DNA from: Takakia lepidozioides
Lineage: Eukaryota > Plantae > Bryophyta
Assembly: GCA_030704615.1 (NCBI GenBank)
Contig: CM060731.1
Span: 11,532,001 to 11,596,000 of the forward strand
Length of the DNA: 64,000 nucleotides
Direction: 5' to 3'
The position numbers were made by a program, and so were the translations under genes. This document shows, piece after piece, positions 37,112-49,480 of this stretch; position 1 is the first letter of the stretch, and each line of letters begins with the position of its first letter. Under the pieces are notes generated by a model. The model ran no database searches. It had not been told where the DNA came from and saw only the letters and a list, made by a program, of their open reading frames with translations.

Positions 37112-37484
37112 ATGAATGGAAAGGCGGTACTTCGGGTTGAGGCTGATGCAGATAATGAGTGCAAGATAGAGTCTGCTAGAACCCTACAATATCGCGTCAC
37201 CCAAATTGTGAATGTCCCATTGGCAGGCTATGGGCGGGTGTACACCATGGCGACCTCCAGATCGGATGTTCATGACATGACCTATGAGATTACTATTGGC
37301 GATTTTCCTAATTGCACTTGTCTGGACTTTCAGAACACGCTCTCAAGCTCGCAAGCAGCTTTACTACATCTACATTCAAATGATGTTTTGCGATCCTAAA
37401 CGAGACACGTACATTCACCAATGTACGTTAGGACCCAGTGACGTTCATACACTACTGCAGCGAGATAGTTCGGGTTCAATTTGA
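37112..37484 (+). pseudogene. SWIM zinc-finger C-terminal fragment of a MULE transposase
   Basis: GYGRVYT...TYEITIGDFPNCTCLDF...(C)KQLYYI...CDPKRDTYIHQ, clearly paralogous to 52640-52984. Confidence 0.8.
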
Positions 37485-38194
37485 GATGTAGTCGGGATTT
37501 GCATTGCAACTCTGCCGGTTATTATGTCATGTCATTGTTATAAAAATTTGAAGTGTATCCGACTTTGGAGATAACTTCGTGCTGGTTAATGGCAACATTT
37601 TCTTAGAATGAGATCAATCTTCAATCTTGTTTTGCAATGCATGTTTATGTTCCAACCAAGTTGCAGATGGCTTCGTGCTGGTTATTGGCAACACTTTGAA
37701 TGAGATCAATCTTGTTTTGCACAGTTGGTTTACGACTACACTTTCTATGAGATGAATGAATGAGATGAATGAGATGAATGTTATACATGAGATGAATGAG
37801 ATGAATCCGATGAATGTCATGAATGTTCTTTTACAAGCAATCTTATTTCAGTCATTTACAATACATTCATCCAATCATTTTTCATCCCACATTCATCCTA
37901 CATTCATCCATTCCTCTTTGCCATTCATCGTTGCTTACTTCATCGAGAAGTTTTTCGTGCACATTCATCTCAGATTTTCTTGCATGGAGGTCGACGTCTT
38001 CGGTCCTGGTGTGATATGTTACCCTCCAATTTGCACAAGTTTGCGTCCACGACAATAGGCCCTGCTTCTTCCACGGTTATACACTCCACTTCCATTTTCT
38101 GCTCACGCTTAAAATGTGCTCATGCTTAAGGGAATATGCTCACGCTTAGTGCGCTAAGCATGAGCACGCTCACGCACTAGCTACTCTCCCGCTC

Positions 38195-39005
38195 GAACAA
38201 TGATGCCGAGGCGAAGTATAGTTCATATGAAGGGGAGTGTCTAGCTGCGGTATGGGCAGTGGCACATTGCAGATGCCACCTCTATGACAATCTCTTCACC
38301 CTTGTCACGGATCACCAACCATTGAAGTGGTTGATGGAGTCAGACAAGCTTACAGGGAAGCTTGCACGGTGGGCACTTATGCTTCAAGAGTACGACTTTC
38401 AGGTGGTGCATCGAGCCGGTATTGTCAATCGGGATGTAGATGGATTGAGTTGTAATCCATGCACGAGCAAGCATGATGATACTGGAGCTCGGTGGCATGG
38501 TGAGACAGTTGAGGAGATGGTGCCAGGATAGCATGCATTGGTCTTTTTGTGCATTCTAGCAATGGGAGCTCAAGCTTGTCCAAGCCATGCGATTGGTCAT
38601 GTAGATAGCGTGCATGACAATCTAGAGACTAGTGAGGAGTTTGGTGGTGCTAAGGATGTGCATGAAGATGCAGCAATGTTGGCATACCTTCGTACCAGAG
38701 AGACAACAGCCAGTGTGACTACTAAGGAGAGAGATCGGGTCCTACAACGAGCCAAGAGGTTCAAGTGGGAGGGGACTCACCTACTCCGGGTATAGGAGGA
38801 TGGACGAGTGAGGATTGTGCCTCATCCAACACAACGAGCGCGATTGGTACGCCATGCTCATGAGGAGTTGAGACATTTTGGGGTGCGGCGCACTCATAGT
38901 TTGCTGCAAGGGCAGTATTGGTGGCGGGGCATGCACATGGATGTGCAACAGTTAGTGGCAAGGTGCATGGTATGTGAAGAGTGCGGGCTTCTTTCAACGC
39001 CCCTA
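38195..39005 (+). mobile_element. Ty3/gypsy pol fragment (RNase H plus integrase HHCC zinc finger), no LTRs seen
   Basis: EAKYSSYEGECLAAVWAV...LVTDHQPLKWL...KLARWALMLQEYDFQVVHRAG; HAHEELRHFG...QYWWRGM..DV...CMVC. Confidence 0.9.
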
Positions 39006-39188
39006 TGCTATATCAAGAGTGGATAAAAGATGACACTAAAGAGTTATCCATAAGTGTACGTATTACATTGGGTCATAAGATGTAATTAGCTTAGTTATGT
39101 GTTTGAGAATTCAATACTTCGGAACATGTTTTGAAGTCCACACATCTAGAAAAATTGTAGAGTAAAGTTCATATAGTGTAGTAGCACA

Positions 39189-42100
39189 TTACCAGATTTG
39201 GAGATGTTTCACCCTGCTCATTACTCGTCTCCTTGATCTGCTGCTGTTGAGGTTGATTTGGAATGACTGCCTGATTTGATCAATTGTGCCGCTGCTGCGG
39301 CGGCTATTTTGCCCTCTCATCAGTCTCAGCCCTGAATTTACATATTGAAGTCGAATTCCCTGCTCCTGGAGCCTCTTTTGTATTATCTCTTGGATCTGTG
39401 ACAACATCTGCAGTGCATGTGTTGCTCCAGTGTTGTGTGTCTGTAGTGACAACGGGCTAAGGACTGCGTCGGAGCTTGATTGGCTAACGTTGGTAATCAC
39501 AACATAACTTGTCACTTCCACTTGGGTCTGAGTTGTCCGATGTAACTCTGAGGGTGATTGCGACATAGTGATCTCCCTCGTTTCTGAGAGTTGAACCTAG
39601 AACACACAATTATATTCATGAAGATTAATAGTTACAAAAGATGGATATCAAACATGTAATCAAATAGTTTACCAAGGAATGTACTACTCAAATTTATTGC
39701 AGACATTCATATCAACGGTTTTCAACAATGTCTCATCAATCTACCCAATCATAATGTTTCCTGATCAGAGATGTTACGTACTTCATTCACTTTCCCAGTA
39801 GACGATCCTTCTCTACGCCTCTTCGTGGGGATGGGAGATTGAAAATCCAGAGGCCTATCACTAGCTGCAGGAACAAAACCCCTATCATCTTGCTCAGCCT
39901 CTACATCATCCAAGGCATTTGTTTCCTCTGGACGTGGGGATATTAGACCCCTCCCAAGTACCGTACCCATTATTGACTGGACACGATAAGTCGGAATGGC
40001 ATGTGGGACAGGCTCAAGAAACTGCACTGTTGGTGGGCAATCACCATCATCATTGTGAAGAGCCACATCCAAGACATCAACAAACTCTGTCATGGTATTT
40101 TCAAGGACCTGCACATCAGACGCAATTGGATCTACCAAATTCACCAGATTGGCCTGATGACCCGTGGCATCGTAATCCAGCATCAGATTCATAGACCCAA
40201 GTTTCAAATTCCTCTCAAACGATGATAATTTCTCGTTATTTTCCTCGTTATGAGGACTACTAGTACCATCACCAATACCACCAGTACTTGGACCTCGGGT
40301 GACACTGCCTTCTGTGATTTGAGGTGAGACTCTTCTGACCACATCGTCTTGTGGTTCCTTACTATTAGTCCCATGTTGATTGTCTTCGTCTGACACGCTG
40401 GAATCTGAAACATCCACTATGGGATTGATTGTGCTAGGGATAATAGGGTTCAGTGGTGGATCACGCCCTCCATGTTGACTCCCAGCGGTGCTATGTTGGC
40501 CTTCGGTTGGACCTTTCCCTTTCTCTTGAAGGGTTAAGTGACGAAACTCTGCCTCTACCTTCTGTTTGCATACCACCTTTTGGTCGTGGGAGTTGAAGTC
40601 AAGAACGCGTACTTGAAGAGCCTGGTGACATGATGATTAACCTTGTCAGACAAAAGATACAAGCTAGAGACAGTGGAAAAATATTAAACATCCTACGCAG
40701 GAATTATAAAATGACTTCGGACCTTGTTTCAAAGTCATCAACTAACAAAAATGAGATAAGTGAAAGAGAGCAAATATATAAAAATAAAGTGAAGAGATAT
40801 AAAGAACTGTAACTCAGAATATATTGATAATGATACTAGCACTTACATGGAGATGATAAGAAAGTGCAGGTCCTCCAAAAATATTGACCGCCGCCATTCC
40901 TGCCGTGCAAAACGAAGAGGCGATGTACGCATATGCAGAGCTGCGAAGCTCATGAATGTAGGACTTCAAATTCAGCTCGCGGTCTGTAAATTCGTCATTT
41001 GTACCCCTCAAGACAGTCTGAATTGGTTTGACTCTCAGACATCTGTCAATGTGCTCCTCTGGATGCACAAACTCTATAGATGAGACCAGAAACACATAGT
41101 CCAGACAAAGATATGGTTCCGACAATCCAAACTTGCAGAACTTGTATTCAGTCTCCATCGCCCTAGGAAAATAGAGACCTTCAACACAAATAAATCTTTT
41201 GGCACCATCTCCAGTCCGAATGTAGTAATTGAGATAAGCTGAAGATGCAGGACTTGACATGAAAACAAAGGCAGTGCAATTAAACTTCATGAATCGGAAT
41301 GCGTTGAGGATTGTTGAGTAATCCGAGGGGGACCAAATTATCAAATCATCTTCTGGGAGAGTATTCACGAACACAAGACTGATGTTTGCAAACTCGTCCT
41401 TCGGGATATAGGAGAGTTTCGACTTGATATCATTTGCTTTTGCTCCAATGCCAACATGCCTATAGACCTTTTTGAAGTCAAATCTCATTGATTTTGCTTT
41501 CCCATCGTTCTCCTCAACACTTTTTTTCAGTGCAAGAAGCTCAGTGATGAATGCTGTAGGAATGGATGGCCGCTCTTTGTTCATGTTTGCCTTGTCGGCA
41601 AGATACGTCGATCCCAGTGCCTTGCGTAATGACCCAAACTGGACTTTGTCAATCCTGTATTTCTTCTTGACCTCAAGCCATTTTTCTCTTTTATAGGGAT
41701 TTGTATTGTCCTTTGTCCACAATGGAGAACCAAAAACATGCATGATGTCGTCAATTATAAACCTCATTTTCTTCATGTGCTCAATATAATTGATCATGCT
41801 CTGAATAGACTTGTCTTGGCCCTTATATGGGTGGCGAACAGTCAGCTTGCAACTGAGAAGCTTTTCCGCGATTTTTCCCAGCTGCCGCCCAGATAGCCCC
41901 TAAATAGTCCTTAGCTGAGACCTGGTCATTGGAACCTGTACACCTTTGCAAGGCTTCCCAATGTTATCGATAAGGCGTCCATCCTCCCATTTTTGGAATA
42001 CCATTTTCCACTTCTCCCACACTTCTTCCTCTGATAAAATGAGGACCATGGCCTCCTTCACAGAAATCTGCTCCATGATAACATGGACAACTTGCATAAA

Positions 42101-43600
42101 ATCCTGCGAGATGAACCATATTGTAAGGACACATCTCTACCATGTTCGATGAGCATTTGAAACTGAACCATTTGAAGCAATTATTGAAGCATTTGAAAAT
42201 ACATAAGGTCAATGTTTTGCTTCTTACCACCCATTGACTGCTTTCCGAGTGGCAGTGGGAATCGTTATATTTTTTGGGACTGTTTTGTAGCTCGTAAAAT
42301 AATCTGCAATGTGCCACCTTCTCTGGAAATGTGATATCAATTTTTTGTGCCTTGTTCGGATCGTTAAGGAGTTTGGATATCTTCACTAGCCTCAGGACGT
42401 CATTTGACCAAATGATCTTGGCCGGCCAAGTACTGTAGTATCTCTTCAACTCATCATTGTCAACCTCATGAATAAGCTCCTGTAACCAACTCTAGAATAT
42501 TAGATCATGGACTTCGAAACAGAGGCCGAAGTGGGTGACTCAAAGACTTTGGAAGGGAAGGGTAACCGTACCTTGGCAGCAATTATGGTGTGTTGCCCAC
42601 CAATCACAAAGAATTTTGTATTCTTCACCTCGTCCCAAGACTGTGGTTTGTTGGCCCAAACTTGACTGTCATTAGTGGCATGTATTGGGGTAATGTAGAC
42701 GGGATGCTTGGAATCGAGGACTCGGAGCTGTAACAATCTAGCCTTTACTTCATCCTTGTGCTTAATATTTAGTGGCCGATAAACCATTTGCCTCAGTGCT
42801 TGCTCCATGCTCAATATGGGAATATCATGGATTTCATCAGACCCAAATGGAAATAAATCCCCGTAAAATTTGTTGAGCTCTTTTTCCATTTGCTCACATT
42901 TGTTTTTGTTGAAAATTTCACCAGGTTTTAGCTTCTTGTCGGTTGCAAATACAGGGTCGAGTGGGGCTCTGGACTTCCTCTTTGACTTTGATGGTGTTTT
43001 TTCATCATCATCTTCTTCAATGGATGCTTCAGTGGTCGACTTTCTTTTTCGAGTGGCTTTTTTTTCCTTTTGAGTTGGTTCGGGCTCCTGCTCATCTCTT
43101 TTCTTCTCATTCTCTTTTCCTAGAATAAAGAGGCGTCCCTGAAATCTGGACCACTCCAAAGTGAAAGTAGACTCACTCGGAACTGTTCCATCGCGTGGGA
43201 ACTTAAACCCAGATTCCAACAACCCAGCCATGAGGCCTTTGTCCACATTTGTCGTCTTTGACGCATACCCAATGGTCCGTCATTTCTGGTCCTCCTCTTG
43301 AAGAAATACCACCACATACGGATTATCAACATCAGGCTGGATCTCCACACCCAAACATGTGTGCATTCCATCTCCAAAGCCCCAGGCTCATCTTGTTCCG
43401 TATACACGAATCGAAAAACATGGGCCGGGGGATTTCCTCGCATATTAATTCCCCAAGAGGACACTCTGTCTGATAGATAGAATATTGAGTTATGCTCGGT
43501 TTGATATTCTGGAGACTGTTCAGAAATAAACTCCCCAGGGATGTCATAAGCCATGATGGGTTTGCATGCATCCGGACATTTCTTCCTGCAACATATCAAA
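39189..43600 (-). pseudogene. Spliced gene with a ParB/Srx-like domain, a degenerate beta-class DNA methyltransferase-like domain and a disordered tail
   Basis: Exons ~43600-42572, 42479-42228, 42103-40847, 40621-~39780, ~39596-39190 with GT-AG sites. ParB-like YRPLNIKHKDEVKARL...FFVIGGQHTIIAAK; MTase-like ISLVFVNTLP ... ELRSSAYAYIASSFCTAGMAAVNIFGG...VRVLDF. In-frame stops at ~43283 and 41900-41902. Confidence 0.55.
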
Positions 43601-43900
43601 TAATTCTTTAAGCCACCAAGATTGAACTGAATGACTTCGAAACAGGGTCCGAAGTTGTTTCCATGTATTACAAATGGTGGGTACGAAAGTCCAACTAATG
43701 AAAGAAGAATGAAACACAGTAATAGACATAGGAGTTAGGGGAGATCAAAATTGTTATTTTGTGACATATGGAACATTTAATTCGATAATAGCATCACATA
43801 CTACATTGACATGTTGAGTAAACCCTCTGCAAATGTGAAAAGGTCTTTATCACTAATGATGTACACTGGATGATGGCAACGTGGATGGTGGCTATGAGTA

Positions 43901-44270
43901 TGGACTTCGTAACAGGGTCCGAAGTCCACCTCGTCAGAGATCTAACAGTAAAAATGTTAAGTTTAAAGTTATTGGCGATATATATGGATGATCTCCAAAT
44001 CCCTGTAAATATAAAAAATACAAATACTTAACATGAATAAGAACGAGGATTCAATAGATTTATCATCTGGTGGGACTTCGTAACAGGGTCCGAAGTCCAG
44101 CTCATCAGAGATCTAACAGTAAAAATGTTATGTTTAAAGTTATTGCGGATATATATGGATGATCTCCATGTCCCTATAAATATAAAAAATACAAATACTT
44201 AACATGAATAAGAATGAGGATTCAGTAGATGTATCATCCGGTGGGGACTTCGTAACAGGGTCCGAAGTCC
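43901..44270. repeat. ~172-bp tandem repeat, each unit carrying GGACTTCGTAACAGGGTCCGAAGTCC
   Basis: Motif copies at 43904, 44075, 44247 with conserved intervening sequence. Confidence 0.9.
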
Positions 44271-44607
44271 AGACAACTCAATTAACGATTGCAGGACCAC
44301 TACATTTAAATATACAAGAACATTTGAATGCAATCTCTATAATATCTATATATAGACTTTGATATAGGGTTTGAGGTCCATCACAAAAAGAGAGACAGGT
44401 AAACATAGGATCTCAGGACCTCTATAAATAAATAAATATAAATATTTAGTCTGACCAAATTGCACCAACTTATATATGAGTTTGCATTATGACATGGCAA
44501 CTATTAGTGATGGCAAGGTGGTGGTTCTGGTTCTCAGAATGGACTTCGTGACAGGGTCCGAAGTCCACCGAGTCAGAGAGACCTGACTTGAAAATTTACT
44601 TCATTCC

Positions 44608-44609
<2 letters not shown>

Positions 44610-44653
<44 letters not shown>
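44610..44653. repeat. (TA)n microsatellite followed by an AT-rich tract
   Basis: Directly visible. Confidence 0.95.
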
Positions 44654-44656
<3 letters not shown>

Positions 44657-44915
44657 ATATTATTTTAAATAGAATATAATTTTTATGAATTTAATATGAA
44701 TAATATATATTAAATAATATATACACATAAACAATATATAATGCATATATAATATATATAATCTACATTATATATAACAGATAATATTTTAAAAATATGT
44801 ATATATATTTGATATTGATGTACATGATATAAGTATATATATATATATATACTGATGTATATATATATATATTATGTTTTTAATACATTTATAAAATATA
44901 ATTAACATTCTATTT

Positions 44916-45300
44916 AGAACTAGTATGTGAGATCCCAATCCGAATGTTGAATGCCAATACCGATTTGATATCTATATTTGAATCTAAATTCGATATCTAG
45001 ATTTGTTCATGAATTCAGGGTTTCACGGTTTCAGACAAAATTCATGCCACATGTAAATGAAACAGTGATCGTGTGCTAAATGCCACACCGTTTCAGACCG
45101 TGTTAAGAACTAGTATGTGAGATCCCAATCCGAATGTTGAATGTGCTCCAAGAGCCATTGATATCTATGTTTCAATATAAATTCGATATGTAGATTTGTT
45201 CATGAATTCAGGGTTTCAAGGTTTCAGACCAAATTCATGCCACAACATGTATATGAAATAGTGATCGTGTGCTAAATGCCACACCGTTTCAGACCGTGTT
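44916..45300. repeat. ~190-bp tandem duplication
   Basis: AGAACTAGTATGTGAGATCCCAATCCGAATGTTGAATG at 44916 and 45106; both units end ...CCGTTTCAGACCGTGTT. Confidence 0.9.
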
Positions 45301-46779
45301 ATGATACAGAAAGAATTAGCAAACTTGAATCATGTATTTATTCTACAGGAGATGTTGTATTTGCTTAGACCATCCGCACTGTGTTCACAAACATAGATAT
45401 CTGTGAATATTATTTGTATATGCCATCACCAAATGATGGAGAAAGAGCCTCAGGATATTTGACAAAGAAAAAGAGATTCTGAAGAGAAAAAGGATTGAGA
45501 GAGGGAGAGAGAGAGATAGCACAAACCTAAGCTGAAAATCGTTAAAAAAAATTGTAAACAGAGAATTTCTCACCTACCGAAGCTACTGGAGCCCGTCATG
45601 CTTGCGGGCTGGTCCCCGCTCCTCCCTACTCGCAGCTATGTCTGTTGGGGTTCCTGAAACCAAACTTACCCTCCCAAGTACATTGTAAACACCTAGTCCA
45701 AGAAATACCAAATCGTCATAGCCAAATTGTGACATCTACAGGAAGAGTCATAGCCCGCAGCTGCTTTGAGGTTGATGGCTACGGCTGCTGGCCATGGGCT
45801 GCTGCTCTTCTAAGACCAAGTTGAACCTCTCAATACCTTGTAAACAACAAGGAAAAACCACATCGTGATACCTACATTAAGAGCCAAAAGCCGCAATTTG
45901 CTTCCTCCGGCAAGCTGCTGGCTGCAACTGCTGGTCTAATCTCCTAATACCAACTTGACCCTAACTTAGAAACACCAAGCTTGACACCGCTACAAGTACC
46001 TTGTAAACGCCAAGCTCGTGAAACACCAAGCACACCAAGCACGCCAAACGACACGGTCCAGCCAACTTATTAATCGTTCGAAACAGGAAGAGTCATCTTT
46101 AACCCGCCGCTGGCTTGCATCGTTGTTCACAGGCTGGTTGCAGCTCGTCTTTATAACATAATGAACACTCAAACTAATACTAACAATCTCTAACAAATAA
46201 ATTTCATCTGGATCATGACCTGAAACAAAATTTCTCTCTAACGCTAATTCTCCACCCTACAAATCTCTCTAACACTAATACTCCATACTTGCCTTGCAAA
46301 TCTAAGGTACTCTCCTTGCTCACAAAGATTCTACGCTCAGATTTCGCTCGCTCCATGCTCTCACTGTCTCCCTCACACAGCCCGATCGAGCAGCCTGGCT
46401 GAAAACAAAAACCAAAAGAGAGAGAGAGCTCTCTCTTTCACGATATAGACTTGGCAAATTGCTCATCTTCCTCACCGTCGGATCTGAGTCAGATCCGACG
46501 GTTGTGGCGTTTTTCCTTGGATGGAAAGAATGGATGTAGGGTGGATAGTCCATCCATCCAAATCCATAACTAGATACTTTGGGGGCCCTGCAAAATCCAT
46601 TATGGCGGGTAAGCGGCGCCTCCAAAAACACATTATGGGTCCATTAATGTGAGGATAAAGTGCAGATCTTGTCCCCCCAGTGGTTTGGGGCTCAATTCCT
46701 CTTGGCATGCACTCAATGCTGAGGCTCTTTACAAGGGGCAGGGGAAGTAGGGGAGGGGATAAAATTGACCCTTAGTGAC

Positions 46780-47400
46780 CGATCAGGATTTCAACCTCAG
46801 ACCATTGGCATGATGTGCACCATATACTGAATTGTGTCACTTACCATTACGGCGGGCCCCCACAAGTAGTTATGGCGGATAAGGGGGTGGCTGCGTGGGG
46901 TCTTTCTAAATGAGTGCGCACTCGTGGTAGCCTCATAATGGCCCAATTATGGATTTATATCTACTTTGCATGTGTAGGCCACATGGACACCTCAGGATTT
47001 GAGCCTCAGACCAATGGCCTGATGTGCACAATATATTGAATTGTGTCACTTACCATAATGGCTGGCCCCTACGAGTAGTTATGGCGGACAAGGGGGTGGC
47101 TGCGTGGTGAGCTGAAGGGCATGTGGGGTCTTTCTAAATGACTGCGCACACGTGGTAGCCTCATAATGGCCCAAATATGGATTCATATCTACTTTGCATG
47201 TGTAGGCCATATCGACACTTCAGGATTTGAGCCTCAGACCAATGGCCTAATGTGCACAATATATTGAGTCATTTACCATTATGGCAAGGCCCCACGAGTA
47301 ATTATGGTGGACAAGGGCATGACTGCGCACACGTGGTAGCCTCATGTGCCCAAAATCCACATGCACACATGTTGTAGCCTCATAATGGCCAAAATCCACT
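46780..47400. repeat. ~210-230-bp tandem repeat, about 3 units
   Basis: TCAGGATTT(C/G)A(A/G)CCTCAGACC at ~46783, 46992, 47220; shared GCGCACACGTGGTAGCCTCATAATGGCC. Confidence 0.85.
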
Positions 47401-47959
47401 TTGCTTTGCATATGTAGGCTCTTTCATAATGTGCTCAAGATTGATCGAGCTAGAGGGGAGGTTGCAAACTCTCATATGTTTGCAACCGTGCGATCATGAT
47501 TCTCCAACAATCAACGGCTAACATAGGTTGATCCTCGTCATAGCGTCCCCCACCTCTCTTGAAGGAACACGTTGTGACCTACACCAAACATCCCACATGT
47601 ATAAATAAGAGGTCTCAGCTCATTTGCTTCCTTTCTTGCTCATCTTATACCTCTATGATCATCCCGGAGCGCTCTCTCTTTCCCTCTTTCCACCCCACCT
47701 CTCTTCTCTTTGGTTCTCTTCATGGTCTCGCTCACTACTAGTGAGTGCTCTTTCCACCCCACCCCTCTCTTCAGAATCGTCTTTCACTCCCATCTCTTCA
47801 GACATTTCCTCACCCAATTACCCATTTTCAACTCTAGGAAGGTTCGTACCCTGTGCCGAAGTATCGCAGTGAAGAGAGATTTAAATCTAATATTCTTCAT
47901 ATAGTTTGTCATACTTCATCCATACTTATTAATCATCCATATTATTCCATCCATCCATT

Positions 47960-48210
47960 TGTCATCCATTTGGTAGCATTTTCGTAATATGTTTCAAAGT
48001 TTAGTTTGAATAAATTTGTTAGTCGATCCATCCAGAGGTACTTCGTAACATGTTTCGAAGTTTGATATGAATACATTTGTTAGATGATCCATCCAGTGGT
48101 ACTTCGTAACATGTTTCGAAGTTCAGTGTGAAAGACCTTGTTAGTTGACGATCCATCCGATGGTACTTTATAACGTGTTTCGAAGTACAGTATGAATGGA
48201 TTTGTTGGTC
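47960..48210. repeat. ~62-bp tandem repeat, about 4 units, each with ACTTCG-TAACATGTTT-CGAAGT
   Basis: Copies at 47979 (degenerate), 48040, 48101, 48165. Confidence 0.85.
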
Positions 48211-48380
48211 ATTGTCTAGACGAATCTCGAGGTAGGGCATTTGGGATTCCAATGTTCACATTAATGTGTCCAAATATACCGTCAAATAAAAATATCTAGT
48301 TCGGGAAGTTTACAAGGTGGAAGTTCGGACTGTGTTTCGAAGTCATTGTCATCCATGAGAAGATTCTTGGTTCAGTCGAC

Positions 48381-49229
48381 ATGTCTCTATTTAAAAGCGA
48401 AGATAAGGTGTCTCTATATCTTCGAGGGGGTGGTCAAGTTGTCGCTCTCGGTGATTGTTTAAATGTGTCTGGTAGTGGATCATGCCATGGCCTCCAGCTT
48501 ACTTCATCGACAATTAGTGTCATTATTGTCAGCTGCTCAAACACAAATGATAGGACAAATCTCCCATATCCTCATATGGGAGCAGATACGATTGAGGAGG
48601 CAATTGGAACGTCGGTTTGCTGGGATGTCCGAGATGTTAAGCTAACCCAAGTCGACACTCAAATTGAATCTGAGTTTGGTGATGGAGTTCCTCAGAGTCC
48701 TCAGACGGATAAGACAAACATGAAGAAGCTTGAAGAGGCCATGGGTCATAATGGGAAACAAGATAGTTCTACTCATGATTCATTTCTAAATGATCATATT
48801 TTGGGAAGAGACAAGTGGAGGAATATGATGTGTTGTCTTTTGGATAGAGAATCTGATCATCTCTATGAAGGGAGAATTCAAGTGTCTTTTCCTGACGAAG
48901 TCATTCTCTGTGACAAATTGGGAGAGGACCATGTTGGTGTTATCATCACACGAGTTATAGGAGGGGATTCCGGAATGCTCATGTCACTAGTAAAGTGGCC
49001 TCTGAATCGGACAAAGTTGGTAGAGACAGGGATTATGTTCTCTGAGGCTCTTGAGCACTTTTATAGCTCCAACATTGATTCTGCGAATGATGATGACTCT
49101 ACTCCAGGAATCCAAAAAGGTCCATATCGACTCTTCACCAGAATTGCCAGAGACCCGGGATTACTGCAATCCCATCTCAGATCCTGTGGCATGCTTCCAG
49201 GAAGTCGGCTTTGTTATTGGGTTTATTGA
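48381..49229 (+). CDS. Transposon-associated ORF with two DUF8039/Tnp1-En/Spm-like domains, probably truncated
   Basis: VVALG...CHGLQL...LPYPHMGADTIEEAIGTSVCWD and a second repeat LYEGRIQ...LGEDHVGVII...VKWPL; a TATA-like GTATAAATA lies at ~47599. Confidence 0.55.
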   Translation: MSLFKSEDKVSLYLRGGGQVVALGDCLNVSGSGSCHGLQLTSSTISVIIVSCSNTNDRTNLPYPHMGADTIEEAIGTSVCWDVRDVKLTQVDTQIESEFGDGVPQSPQTDKTNMKKLEEAMGHNGKQDSSTHDSFLNDHILGRDKWRNMMCCLLDRESDHLYEGRIQVSFPDEVILCDKLGEDHVGVIITRVIGGDSGMLMSLVKWPLNRTKLVETGIMFSEALEHFYSSNIDSANDDDSTPGIQKGPYRLFTRIARDPGLLQSHLRSCGMLPGSRLCYWVY

Positions 49230-49480
49230 TGAGGTTCTGGTTAACGGTTTAACAGCTACCGACACTGCTCCTAGGGATACTCTGACCACTGGGCCCACAA
49301 GAAAAGTAATTAAAATGGACGGCTGCATATCTGGAAAGAATAACATAATATGCACAGTCGTTGTCTGAGCTTCCTCCGCCATATTCTCTGCTCATTCTTC
49401 AACTGTGTTCTGGAGACATCAGTAAACCGATTTACACTAGATCTGCGATAACAAGGTACAAATGTACGCGAGGAAGGAAG

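Noticed and set aside
47960-48210. CRISPR-like array of palindromic repeats
   Set aside because: The intervening sequences are homologous to each other (a diverged tandem repeat), there are no cas genes, and the context is eukaryotic.
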